A model generated the notes under the pieces. That model did not search any database, was not told the origin of the DNA, and was given only the letters and a program-made list of their open reading frames with translations. A DNA stretch of 64,000 bases. Origin: the human T2T-CHM13v2.0 reference genome, Homo sapiens. Below, piece by piece: positions 38,540-52,200 of the stretch (its first letter is position 1; each line of letters starts with the position of its first letter). Position numbers and translations under genes: made by a program. The stretch lies in assembly GCF_009914755.1 (NCBI RefSeq), contig NC_060947.1; one strand, written 5' to 3'.

Positions 38540-41500
38540 AGATTATCCCGTTTCCAAAGAAACCTTCAAAGAGGTCCAAATATCCCCTTGCGGATCCCAC
38601 AGAAAGAGTGTTTCGAAACTGCTGTTTCAAAAGGACTCTTCAACTCTGTGAGTTGAATGCAATCATCACAAAGAAGTTTCTGACAATGCTTCTCTCTCGT
38701 CTTTCTGTGAAGATAAAGGAAAAGGCTTTCAGGCCTTTTCCACCACAGGCCTGAAAGCACTCCAAATGTCCACTTGCAGATTCTGCCAAAACAATATTTC
38801 AAAACTGCTCTATGAAAAGCAATGTTAAACTCTGCGGCTCGAACACAAACATCACAAAGCGGTTTCTGAGAATGCTTCAGTTTAGTTTTTCTGTGGAAAT
38901 ATTCCCGTTTCCAAAGAAATCTTCAAAGAGGTCCACGTATCCATTTACAGATTCTACAAAAAGACAGTTTCAAAACTGCTCAATCAAAAGGAGGGTTCAA
39001 CCGTGTGACTTGAATGCAATCATCAGTCAGAAGTTTCTGAGAATGCTTCTCTTTAGTTTTTACGTGAACATATACCCGTTTCGAACGAAGGCCACCCAGT
39101 GGTCCAAATATCCACTTGCAGATTCTACAGAAAGAGTGTTTCGAACCTGAACTCTCAAAGGCAGGTTCATCTCTGCGAGTTCAATGCATTCAACATGAAG
39201 AACTTTCTCAGCGTGTTTGTGTTTAGTTATGGGAAATTATTGCCGTTTCCAACGAAATCCTCAGAGAGGTCCAAATATCCACCTGCAGATTCTACCAAAA
39301 GTGTATTTGGAAACTGCTCCATCAAAAGGCATGTTCAGCTCTGTGAGTGAAACTCCATCATCACAAAGAATATTCTGAGAATGCTTCCGTTTGCCTTTTA
39401 TATGAAGTTCCTTCCTATACTACCGTAGGCCTCAAAGCAGTCCAAATCTCCATTTGCAGATTCTACAAAAAGAGTGATTCCAATCTGCTCTATCAATAGG
39501 ATTGTTCAACTCCATGAGTTGAATGCCATCCTCACAAAGTCGTTTCTGAGTATGCTTCTATCTAGTTTTTATGTGAAGATATTTCCTTTTCCACCACAGG
39601 CCTCAAAGCCCTCCAAACGTCCACTTGCAGATTCTCGAAAAAGAGTGTTTCATAGCTGCTCTTTCAAAAGGAAAGTTCAACTCTGGGAGTTGAATACAAA
39701 CATCACAAAGTAGTTTCCGAGAATGCTTCTGTTTAGTTCTTATGTGAAGATGATCCCGTTTCCAGTGAAATCTTCAAAGAGGTCCACATATCCCCTTGCA
39801 GATTCCAAAGAAAGAGGGTTTCAAAACTGCTCCATCAAAAGGATTGTTCAACTCTGTGAGTTGAATGCAGTCATCGCAGAAAACTTTCTGAGAATGCTTC
39901 TGTCTAGGTTTGAGGTGAAGATATAGACGTTTCAAACGAAGGCTACAAAGTGGTCAAAATATACACTTGCAGATTCTACTACAAGGGTGTTGCAAACCTC
40001 AACTATCAAAGGAAGGTTCAACTCTGTGAGTTGAATACAAACATCACAAAGAATGTTCTCAGTTTGCTTCTGTTCAGTTATGGGAAGTTGATCCCGTTTC
40101 CAACGAAATCCTCAGAGAGGTCCAAATATCCCCTTGCAGATTCTACAAAACGTGTGTTTGGAAACTGCTCCATCATAACGAATGTTCAGCTCTCTGAGTT
40201 AAACTCCATCGTCACAAAGAATTTTCTGAGAGTGCTACCGTCTGGTTTTTATATGAAGTTCTTTCCTTTACTACCACAGGCCTCAAAGCGGTCCAAATCT
40301 CCACTTGCAGATTCTACAAAAACAGTGTTTGCAAACTGCTCTATCAAAAGGAATGTTCAACTCTGGGAGTTGAATGCAATCATCACAGAGCAGTTTCTGA
40401 GAATGCTTCTATGTCGTTTTTAGGAGAAGATATTTCCTTTTCCAACACAGTCCTCCAAGCCCGCTAAATATCCACTTGCACATTGTAGAAAAAGTGTGTC
40501 GAAGCTGCGCTATCAAAGGGAAAGTTCAACTCTGTGAGGTGAATGCAAACATCCCAAAGAAGTTTCTGAGAATGCTTCCGTTTAGCTTTTAGGTGAAGAT
40601 TATCCCGTTTCCAAAGAAACCTTCAAAGAGGTCCAAATATCCCCTTGCGGATCCCACAGAAAGAGTGTTTCGAAACTGCTGTTTCAAAAGGACTCTTCAA
40701 CTCTGTGAGTTGAATGCAATCATCACAAAGAAGTTTCTGACAATGCTTCTCTCTCGTCTTTCTGTGAAGATAAAGGAAAAGGCTTTCAGGCCTTTTCCAC
40801 CACAGGCCTGAAAGCACTCCAAATGTCCACTTGCAGATTCTGCCAAAACAATATTTCAAAACTGCTCTATGAAAAGCAATGTTAAACTCTGCGGCTCGAA
40901 CACAAACATCACAAAGCGGTTTCTGAGAATGCTTCAGTTTAGTTTTTCTGTGGAAATATTCCCGTTTCCAAAGAAATCTTCAAAGAGGTCCACGTATCCA
41001 TTTACAGATTCTACAAAAAGACAGTTTCAAAACTGCTCAATCAAAAGGAGGGTTCAACCGTGTGACTTGAATGCAATCATCAGTCAGAAGTTTCTGAGAA
41101 TGCTTCTCTTTAGTTTTTACGTGAACATATACCCGTTTCGAACGAAGGCCACCCAGTGGTCCAAATATCCACTTGCAGATTCTACAGAAAGAGTGTTTCG
41201 AACCTGAACTCTCAAAGGCAGGTTCATCTCTGCGAGTTCAATGCATTCAACATGAAGAACTTTCTCAGCGTGTTTGTGTTTAGTTATGGGAAATTATTGC
41301 CGTTTCCAACGAAATCCTCAGAGAGGTCCAAATATCCACCTGCAGATTCTACCAAAAGTGTATTTGGAAACTGCTCCATCAAAAGGCATGTTCAGCTCTG
41401 TGAGTGAAACTCCATCATCACAAAGAATATTCTGAGAATGCTTCCGTTTGCCTTTTATATGAAGTTCCTTCCTATACTACCGTAGGCCTCAAAGCAGTCC

Positions 41501-44500
41501 AAATCTCCATTTGCAGATTCTACAAAAAGAGTGATTCCAATCTGCTCTATCAATAGGATTGTTCAACTCCATGAGTTGAATGCCATCCTCACAAAGTCGT
41601 TTCTGAGTATGCTTCTATCTAGTTTTTATGTGAAGATATTTCCTTTTCCACCACAGGCCTCAAAGCCCTCCAAACGTCCACTTGCAGATTCTCGAAAAAG
41701 AGTGTTTCATAGCTGCTCTTTCAAAAGGAAAGTTCAACTCTGGGAGTTGAATACAAACATCACAAAGTAGTTTCCGAGAATGCTTCTGTTTAGTTCTTAT
41801 GTGAAGATGATCCCGTTTCCAGTGAAATCTTCAAAGAGGTCCACATATCCCCTTGCAGATTCCAAAGAAAGAGGGTTTCAAAACTGCTCCATCAAAAGGA
41901 TTGTTCAACTCTGTGAGTTGAATGCAGTCATCGCAGAAAACTTTCTGAGAATGCTTCTGTCTAGGTTTGAGGTGAAGATATAGACGTTTCAAACGAAGGC
42001 TACAAAGTGGTCAAAATATACACTTGCAGATTCTACTACAAGGGTGTTGCAAACCTCAACTATCAAAGGAAGGTTCAACTCTGTGAGTTGAATACAAACA
42101 TCACAAAGAATGTTCTCAGTTTGCTTCTGTTCAGTTATGGGAAGTTGATCCCGTTTCCAACGAAATCCTCAGAGAGGTCCAAATATCCCCTTGCAGATTC
42201 TACAAAACGTGTGTTTGGAAACTGCTCCATCATAACGAATGTTCAGCTCTCTGAGTTAAACTCCATCGTCACAAAGAATTTTCTGAGAGTGCTACCGTCT
42301 GGTTTTTATATGAAGTTCTTTCCTTTACTACCACAGGCCTCAAAGCGGTCCAAATCTCCACTTGCAGATTCTACAAAAACAGTGTTTGCAAACTGCTCTA
42401 TCAAAAGGAATGTTCAACTCTGGGAGTTGAATGCAATCATCACAGAGCAGTTTCTGAGAATGCTTCTATGTCGTTTTTAGGAGAAGATATTTCCTTTTCC
42501 AACACAGTCCTCCAAGCCCGCTAAATATCCACTTGCACATTGTAGAAAAAGTGTGTCGAAGCTGCGCTATCAAAGGGAAAGTTCAACTCTGTGAGGTGAA
42601 TGCAAACATCCCAAAGAAGTTTCTGAGAATGCTTCCGTTTAGCTTTTAGGTGAAGATTATCCCGTTTCCAAAGAAACCTTCAAAGAGGTCCAAATATCCC
42701 CTTGCGGATCCCACAGAAAGAGTGTTTCGAAACTGCTGTTTCAAAAGGACTCTTCAACTCTGTGAGTTGAATGCAATCATCACAAAGAAGTTTCTGACAA
42801 TGCTTCTCTCTCGTCTTTCTGTGAAGATAAAGGAAAAGGCTTTCAGGCCTTTTCCACCACAGGCCTGAAAGCACTCCAAATGTCCACTTGCAGATTCTGC
42901 CAAAACAATATTTCAAAACTGCTCTATGAAAAGCAATGTTAAACTCTGCGGCTCGAACACAAACATCACAAAGCGGTTTCTGAGAATGCTTCAGTTTAGT
43001 TTTTCTGTGGAAATATTCCCGTTTCCAAAGAAATCTTCAAAGAGGTCCACGTATCCATTTACAGATTCTACAAAAAGACAGTTTCAAAACTGCTCAATCA
43101 AAAGGAGGGTTCAACCGTGTGACTTGAATGCAATCATCAGTCAGAAGTTTCTGAGAATGCTTCTCTTTAGTTTTTACGTGAACATATACCCGTTTCGAAC
43201 GAAGGCCACCCAGTGGTCCAAATATCCACTTGCAGATTCTACAGAAAGAGTGTTTCGAACCTGAACTCTCAAAGGCAGGTTCATCTCTGCGAGTTCAATG
43301 CATTCAACATGAAGAACTTTCTCAGCGTGTTTGTGTTTAGTTATGGGAAATTATTGCCGTTTCCAACGAAATCCTCAGAGAGGTCCAAATATCCACCTGC
43401 AGATTCTACCAAAAGTGTATTTGGAAACTGCTCCATCAAAAGGCATGTTCAGCTCTGTGAGTGAAACTCCATCATCACAAAGAATATTCTGAGAATGCTT
43501 CCGTTTGCCTTTTATATGAAGTTCCTTCCTATACTACCGTAGGCCTCAAAGCAGTCCAAATCTCCATTTGCAGATTCTACAAAAAGAGTGATTCCAATCT
43601 GCTCTATCAATAGGATTGTTCAACTCCATGAGTTGAATGCCATCCTCACAAAGTCGTTTCTGAGTATGCTTCTATCTAGTTTTTATGTGAAGATATTTCC
43701 TTTTCCACCACAGGCCTCAAAGCCCTCCAAACGTCCACTTGCAGATTCTCGAAAAAGAGTGTTTCATAGCTGCTCTTTCAAAAGGAAAGTTCAACTCTGG
43801 GAGTTGAATACAAACATCACAAAGTAGTTTCCGAGAATGCTTCTGTTTAGTTCTTATGTGAAGATGATCCCGTTTCCAGTGAAATCTTCAAAGAGGTCCA
43901 CATATCCCCTTGCAGATTCCAAAGAAAGAGGGTTTCAAAACTGCTCCATCAAAAGGATTGTTCAACTCTGTGAGTTGAATGCAGTCATCGCAGAAAACTT
44001 TCTGAGAATGCTTCTGTCTAGGTTTGAGGTGAAGATATAGACGTTTCAAACGAAGGCTACAAAGTGGTCAAAATATACACTTGCAGATTCTACTACAAGG
44101 GTGTTGCAAACCTCAACTATCAAAGGAAGGTTCAACTCTGTGAGTTGAATACAAACATCACAAAGAATGTTCTCAGTTTGCTTCTGTTCAGTTATGGGAA
44201 GTTGATCCCGTTTCCAACGAAATCCTCAGAGAGGTCCAAATATCCCCTTGCAGATTCTACAAAACGTGTGTTTGGAAACTGCTCCATCATAACGAATGTT
44301 CAGCTCTCTGAGTTAAACTCCATCGTCACAAAGAATTTTCTGAGAGTGCTACCGTCTGGTTTTTATATGAAGTTCTTTCCTTTACTACCACAGGCCTCAA
44401 AGCGGTCCAAATCTCCACTTGCAGATTCTACAAAAACAGTGTTTGCAAACTGCTCTATCAAAAGGAATGTTCAACTCTGGGAGTTGAATGCAATCATCAC

Positions 44501-46200
44501 AGAGCAGTTTCTGAGAATGCTTCTATGTCGTTTTTAGGAGAAGATATTTCCTTTTCCAACACAGTCCTCCAAGCCCGCTAAATATCCACTTGCACATTGT
44601 AGAAAAAGTGTGTCGAAGCTGCGCTATCAAAGGGAAAGTTCAACTCTGTGAGGTGAATGCAAACATCCCAAAGAAGTTTCTGAGAATGCTTCCGTTTAGC
44701 TTTTAGGTGAAGATTATCCCGTTTCCAAAGAAACCTTCAAAGAGGTCCAAATATCCCCTTGCGGATCCCACAGAAAGAGTGTTTCGAAACTGCTGTTTCA
44801 AAAGGACTCTTCAACTCTGTGAGTTGAATGCAATCATCACAAAGAAGTTTCTGACAATGCTTCTCTCTCGTCTTTCTGTGAAGATAAAGGAAAAGGCTTT
44901 CAGGCCTTTTCCACCACAGGCCTGAAAGCACTCCAAATGTCCACTTGCAGATTCTGCCAAAACAATATTTCAAAACTGCTCTATGAAAAGCAATGTTAAA
45001 CTCTGCGGCTCGAACACAAACATCACAAAGCGGTTTCTGAGAATGCTTCAGTTTAGTTTTTCTGTGGAAATATTCCCGTTTCCAAAGAAATCTTCAAAGA
45101 GGTCCACGTATCCATTTACAGATTCTACAAAAAGACAGTTTCAAAACTGCTCAATCAAAAGGAGGGTTCAACCGTGTGACTTGAATGCAATCATCAGTCA
45201 GAAGTTTCTGAGAATGCTTCTCTTTAGTTTTTACGTGAACATATACCCGTTTCGAACGAAGGCCACCCAGTGGTCCAAATATCCACTTGCAGATTCTACA
45301 GAAAGAGTGTTTCGAACCTGAACTCTCAAAGGCAGGTTCATCTCTGCGAGTTCAATGCATTCAACATGAAGAACTTTCTCAGCGTGTTTGTGTTTAGTTA
45401 TGGGAAATTATTGCCGTTTCCAACGAAATCCTCAGAGAGGTCCAAATATCCACCTGCAGATTCTACCAAAAGTGTATTTGGAAACTGCTCCATCAAAAGG
45501 CATGTTCAGCTCTGTGAGTGAAACTCCATCATCACAAAGAATATTCTGAGAATGCTTCCGTTTGCCTTTTATATGAAGTTCCTTCCTATACTACCGTAGG
45601 CCTCAAAGCAGTCCAAATCTCCATTTGCAGATTCTACAAAAAGAGTGATTCCAATCTGCTCTATCAATAGGATTGTTCAACTCCATGAGTTGAATGCCAT
45701 CCTCACAAAGTCGTTTCTGAGTATGCTTCTATCTAGTTTTTATGTGAAGATATTTCCTTTTCCACCACAGGCCTCAAAGCCCTCCAAACGTCCACTTGCA
45801 GATTCTCGAAAAAGAGTGTTTCATAGCTGCTCTTTCAAAAGGAAAGTTCAACTCTGGGAGTTGAATACAAACATCACAAAGTAGTTTCCGAGAATGCTTC
45901 TGTTTAGTTCTTATGTGAAGATGATCCCGTTTCCAGTGAAATCTTCAAAGAGGTCCACATATCCCCTTGCAGATTCCAAAGAAAGAGGGTTTCAAAACTG
46001 CTCCATCAAAAGGATTGTTCAACTCTGTGAGTTGAATGCAGTCATCGCAGAAAACTTTCTGAGAATGCTTCTGTCTAGGTTTGAGGTGAAGATATAGACG
46101 TTTCAAACGAAGGCTACAAAGTGGTCAAAATATACACTTGCAGATTCTACTACAAGGGTGTTGCAAACCTCAACTATCAAAGGAAGGTTCAACTCTGTGA
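38540..46200. repeat. Nearly four copies of one HOR haplotype (recent 1-HOR expansion)
   Basis: Linked alleles ccaaagaaacc, aggactctt, aagcactcc, aaaacaatat, ccatttacag, catcagtcag, gagtatgc and gttctcagtttgcttctg repeat at a 2057-bp period. ORF translations are identical at 38536, 40593, 42650 and 44707. Confidence 0.9.
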
Positions 46201-49200
46201 GTTGAATACAAACAACACAAAGAATGTTCTCAGTTTGCTTCTGTTCAGTTATGGGAAGTTGATCGGGTTTCCAACGAAATCCTCAGAGAGGTCCAAATAT
46301 CCCCTTGCAGATTCTACAAAACGTGTGTTTGGAAACTGCTCCATCATAACGAATGTTCAGCTCTCTGAGTTAAACTCCATCGTCACAAAGAATTTTCTGA
46401 GAGTGCTACCGTCTGCTTTTTATATGAAGTTCTTTCCTTTACTACCACAGGCCTCAAAGCGGTCCAAATCTCCACTTGCAGATTCTACAAAAAGAGTGTT
46501 TGCAAACTGCTCTATCAAAAGGAATGTTCAACTCTGGGAGTTGAATGCAATCATCACAGAGCAGTTTCTGAGAATGCTTCTATGTCGTTTTTAGGAGAAG
46601 ATATTTCCTTTTCCAACACAGTCCTCCAAGCCCGCTAAATATCCACTTGCACATTGTAGAAAAAGTGTGTCGAAGCTGCGCTATCAAAGGGAAAGTTCAA
46701 CTCTGTGAGGTGAATGCAAACATCCCAAAGAAGTTTCTGAGAATGCTTCCGTTTAGCTTTTAGGTGAAGATTATCCCGTTTCCAACGAAACCTTCGAAGA
46801 GGTCCAAATATCCCCTTGCGGATCCCACAGAAAGAGTGTTTCGAAACTGCTGTTTCAAAAGGAATCTTCAACTCTGTGAGTTGAATGCAATCATCACAAA
46901 GATGTTTCTGACAATGCTTCTCTCTCGTCTTTCTGTGAAGATAAAGGAAAAGGCTTTCAGGCCTTTTCCACCACAGGCCTGAAAGCACTCCAAATGTCCA
47001 CTTGCAGATTCTGCCAAAAGAATATTTCAAAACTGCTCTATGAAAAGCAATGTTAAACTCTGTGGCTCGAACACAAACATCACAAAGCGGTTTCTGAGAA
47101 TGCTTCAGTTTAGTTTTTCTGTGGAAATATTCCCGTTTCGAAAGAAATCTTCAAAGAGGTCCACGCATCCACTTACAGATTCTACAAAAAGACAGTTTCA
47201 AAACTGCTCAATCAAAAGGAGGGTTCAACCGTGTGACTTGAATGCAATCATCACTCAGAGGTTTCTGAGAATGCTTCTCTTTAGTTTTTACGTGAACATA
47301 TACCCGTTTCGAACGAAGGCCACCCAGTGGTCCAAATATCCACTTGCAGATTCTACAGAAAGAGTGTTTCGAACCTGAACTCTCAAAGGCAGGTTCATCT
47401 CTGCGAGTTAAATGCATTCATCATGAAGAACTTTCTCAGAGTGTTTGTGTTTAGTTATGGGAAATTATTGCCGTTTCCAACGAAATCCTCAGAGAGGTCC
47501 AAATATCCACCTGCAGATTCTACCAAAAGTGTATTTGGAAACTGCTCCATCAAAAGGCATGTTCAGCTCTGTGAGTGAAACTCCATCATCACAAAGAATA
47601 TTCTGAGAATGCTTCCGTTTGCCTTTTATATGAAATTCCTTCCTATACTACCGTAGGCCTCAAAGCAGTCCAAATCTCCATTTGCAGATTCTACAAAAAG
47701 AGTGATTCCAATCTGCTCTATCAATAGGATTGTTCAACTCCATGAGTTGAATGCCATCCTCACAAAGTCGTTTCTGAGAATGCTTCTATCTAGTTTTTAT
47801 GTGAAGATATTTCCTTTTCCACCACAGGCCTCAAAGCCCTCCAAACGTCCACTTGCAGATTCTCGAAAAAGAGTGTTTCATAGCTGCTCTTTCAAAAGGA
47901 AAGTTCAACTCTGGGAGTTGAATACAAACTTCACAAAGTAGTTTCCGAGAATGCTTCTGTTTATTTCTTATGTGAAGATGATCCCGTTTCCAGTGAAATC
48001 TTCAAAGAGGTCCACATATCCCCTTGCAGATTCCAAAGAAAGAGGGTTTCAAAACTGCTCCATCAAAAGGATTGTTCAGCTCTGTGAGTTGAATGCAGTC
48101 ATCGCAGAAAACTTTCTGAGAATGCTTCTGTCTAGGTTTGAGGTGAAGATATAGACGTTTCAAACGAAGGCTACAAAGTGGTCAAAATATACACTTGCAG
48201 ATTCTACTACAAGGGTGTTGCAAACCTCAACTATCAAAGGAAGGTTCAACTCTGTGAGTTGAATACAAACATCACAAAGAATGTTCTGAGTTTGCTTCCG
48301 TTCAGTTATGGGAAGTTGATCCCACTTCCAACGAAATCCTCAGAGAGGTCCAAATATCCCCTTGCAGATTCTACAAAACGTGTGTTTGGGAACTGCTCCA
48401 TCATAAAGAATGTTCAGCTCTCTGAGTTTAACTCCATCGTCACAAAGAATTTTCTGAGAGTGCTACCGTCTGGTTTTTATATGAAGTTCTTTCCTTTACT
48501 ACCACAGGCCTCAAAGCGGTCCAAATCTCCACTTGCAGATTCTACAAAAAGAGTGTTTGCAAACTGCTCTATCATTAGGAATGTTCAACTCTGGGAGTTG
48601 AATGCAATCATCACAGAGCAGTTTCTGAGAATGCTTCTATGTCGTTTTTAGGAGAAGATATTTCCTTTTCCAACACAGTCCTCCAAGCCCACTAAATATC
48701 CACTTGCACATTGTAGAAAAAGTGTGTCGAAGCTGCGCTATCAAAGGGAAAGTTCAACTCTGTGAGGTGAATGCAAACATCCCAAAGAAGTTTCTGAGAA
48801 TGCTTCCGTTTAGCTTTTAGGTGAAGATTATCCCGTTTCCAACGAAATCTTCAAAGAGGTCCAAATATCCCCTTGCGGATCCCACAGAAAGAGTGTTTCG
48901 AAACTGCTGTTTCAAAAGGAATCTTCAACTCTGTGAGTTGAATGCAATCATCACAAAGAAGTTTCTGACAATGCTTCTCTCTCGTCTTTCTGTGAAGATA
49001 AAGGAAAAGGCTTTCAGGCCTTTTCCACCACAGGCCTGAAAGCGCTCCAAATGTCCACTTGCAGATTCTACCAAAAGAATATTTCAAAACTGCTCTATGA
49101 AAAGCAATGTTAAACTCTGTGGCTCGAACACAAACATCACAAAGCAGTTTCTGAGAATGCTTCAGTTTAGTTTTTCTGTGGAAATATTCCCGTTTCGAAA

Positions 49201-52200
49201 GAAATCTTCAAAGAGGTCCACGCATCCACTTACAGATTCTACAAAAAGACAGTTTCAAAACTGCTCAATCAAAAGGAGGGTTCAACCGTGTGACTTGAAT
49301 GCAATCATCACTCAGAAGTTTCTGAGAATGCTTCTCTTTAGTTTTTACGTGAACATATACCCGTTTCGAACGAAGGCCAGCCAGTGGTCCAAATATCCAC
49401 TTGCAGATTCTACAGAAAGAGTGTTTCGAACCTGAACTCTCAAAGGCAGGTTCATCTCTGCGAGTTCAATGCATTCATCATGAAGAACTTTCTCAGCGTG
49501 TTTGTGTTTAGTTATGGGAAATTATTGCCATTTCCAACGAAATCCTCATAGAGGTCCAAATATCCACCTGCAGATTCTACCAAAAGTGTATTTGGAAACT
49601 GCTCCATCAAAAGGCATGTTCAGCTCTGTGAGTGAAACTCCATCATCACAAAGAATATTCTGAGAATGCTTCCGTTTGCCTTTTATATGAAGTTCCTTCC
49701 TATACTACCGTAGGCCTCAAAGCAGTCCAAATCTCCATTTGCAGATTCTACAAAAAGAGTGATTCCAATCTGCTCTATCAATAGGATTGTTCAACTCCAT
49801 GAGTTGAATGCCATCCTCACAAAGTCGTTTCTGAGAATGCTTCTATCTAGTTTTTATGTGAAGATATTTCCTTTTCCACCACAGGCCTCAAAGCCCTCCA
49901 AACGTCCACTTGCAGATTCTCGAAAAAGAGTGTTTCATAGCTGCTCTTTCAAAAGGAAAGTTCAACTCTGGGAGTTGAATACAAACATCACAAAGTAGTT
50001 TCCGAGAATGCTTCTGTTTAGTTCTTATGTGAAGATGATCCCGTTTCCAGTGAAATCTTCAAAGAGGTCCACATATCCCCTTGCAGATTCCAAAGAAAGA
50101 GGGTTTCAAAACTGCTCCATCAAAAGGATTGTTCAACTCTGTGAGTTGAATGCAGTCATCGCAGAAAACTTTCTGAGAATGCTTCTGTCTAGGTTTGAGG
50201 TGAAGATATAGACGTTTCAAACGAAGGCTACAAAGTGGTCAAAATATACACTTGCAGATTCTACTACAAGGGTGTTGCAAACCTCAACTATCAAAGGAAG
50301 GTTCAACTCTGTGAGTTGAATACAAACATCACAAAGAATGTTCTCAGTTTGCTTCTGTTCAGTTATGGGAAGTTGATCCCGTTTCCAACGAAATCCTCAG
50401 AGAGGTCCAAATATCCCCTTGCAGATTCTACAAAACGTGTGTTTGGAAACTGCTCCATCATAACGAATGTTCAGCTCTCTGAGTTAAACTCCATCGTCAC
50501 AAAGAATTTTCTGAGAGTGCTACCGTCTGGTTTTTATATGAAGTTCTTTCCTTTACTACCACAGGCCTCAAAGCGGTCCAAATCTCCAGTTGCAGATTCT
50601 ACAAAAACAGTGTTTGCAAACTGCTCTATCAAAAGGAATGTTCAACTCTGGGAGTTGAATGCAATCATCACAGAGCAGTTTCTGAGAATGCTTCTATGTC
50701 GTTTTTAGGAGAAGATATTTCCTTTTCCAACACAGTCCTCCAAGCCCGCTAAATATCCACTTGCACATTGTAGAAAAAGTGTGTCGAAGCTGCGCTATCA
50801 AAGGGAAAGTTCAACTCTGTGAGGTGAATGCAAACATCCCAAAGAAGTTTCTGAGAATGCTTCCGTTTAGCTTTTAGGTGAAGATTATCCCGTTTCCAAA
50901 GAAACCTTCAAAGAGGTCCAAATATCCCCTTGCGGATCCCACAGAAAGAGTGTTTCGAAACTGCTGTTTCAAAAGGAATCTTCAACTCTGTGAGTTGAAT
51001 GCAATCATCACAAAGAAGTTTCTGACAATGCTTCTCTCTCGTCTTTCTGTGAAGATAAAGGAAAAGGCTTTCAGGCCTTTTCCACCACAGGCCTGAAAGC
51101 GCTCCAAATGTCCACTTGCAGATTCTGCCAAAACAATATTTCAAAACTGCTCTATGAAAAACAATGTTAAACTCTGCGGCTCGAACACAAACATCACAAA
51201 GCGGTTTCTGAGAATGCTTCAGTTTAGTTTTTCTGTGGAAATATTCCCGTTTCCAAAGAAATCTTCAAAGAGGTCCACGTATCCATTTACAGATTCTACA
51301 AAAAGACAGTTTCAAAACTGCTCAATCAAAAGGAGGGTTAAACCGTGTGACTTGAATGCAATCATCAGTCAGAAGTTTCTGAGAATGCTTCTCTTTAGTT
51401 TTTACGTGAACATATACCCGTTTCGAAAGAAGGCCACCCAGTGGTCCAAATATCCACTTGCAGATTCTACAGAAAGAGTGTTTCGAACCTGAACTCTCAA
51501 AGGCAGGTTCATCTCTGCGAGTTCAATGCATTCAACCTGAAGAACTTTCTCAGCGTGTTTGTGTTTAGTTATGGGAAATTATTGCCGTTTCCAACGAAAT
51601 CCTCAGAGAGGTCCAAATATCCACCTGCAGATTCTACCAAAAGTGTATTTGGAAACTGCTCCATGAAAAGGCATGTTCAGCTCTGTGAGTGAAACTCCAT
51701 CATCACAAAGAATATTCTGAGAATGCTTCCGTTTGCCTTTTATATGAAGTTCCTTCCTATACTACCGTAGGCCTCAAAGCAGTCCAAATCTCCATTTGCA
51801 GATTCTACAAAAAGAGTGATTCCAATCTGCTCTATCAATAGGATTGTTCAACTCCATGAGTTGAATGCCATCCTCACAAAGTCGTTTCTGAGAATGCTTC
51901 TATCTAGTTTTTATGTGAAGATATTTCCTTTTCCACCACAGGCCTCAAAGCCCTCCAAACGTCCACTTGCAGATTCTCGAAAAAGAGTGTTTCATAGCTG
52001 CTCTTTCAAAAGGAAAGTTCAACTCTGGGAGTTGAATACAAACATCACAAAGTAGTTTCCGAGAATGCTTCTGTTTAGTTCTTATGTGAAGATGATCCCG
52101 TTTCCAGTGAAATCTTCAAAGAGGTCCACATATCCCCTTGCAGATTCCAAAGAAAGAGGGTTTCAAAACTGCTCCATCAAAAGGATTGTTCAACTCTGTG

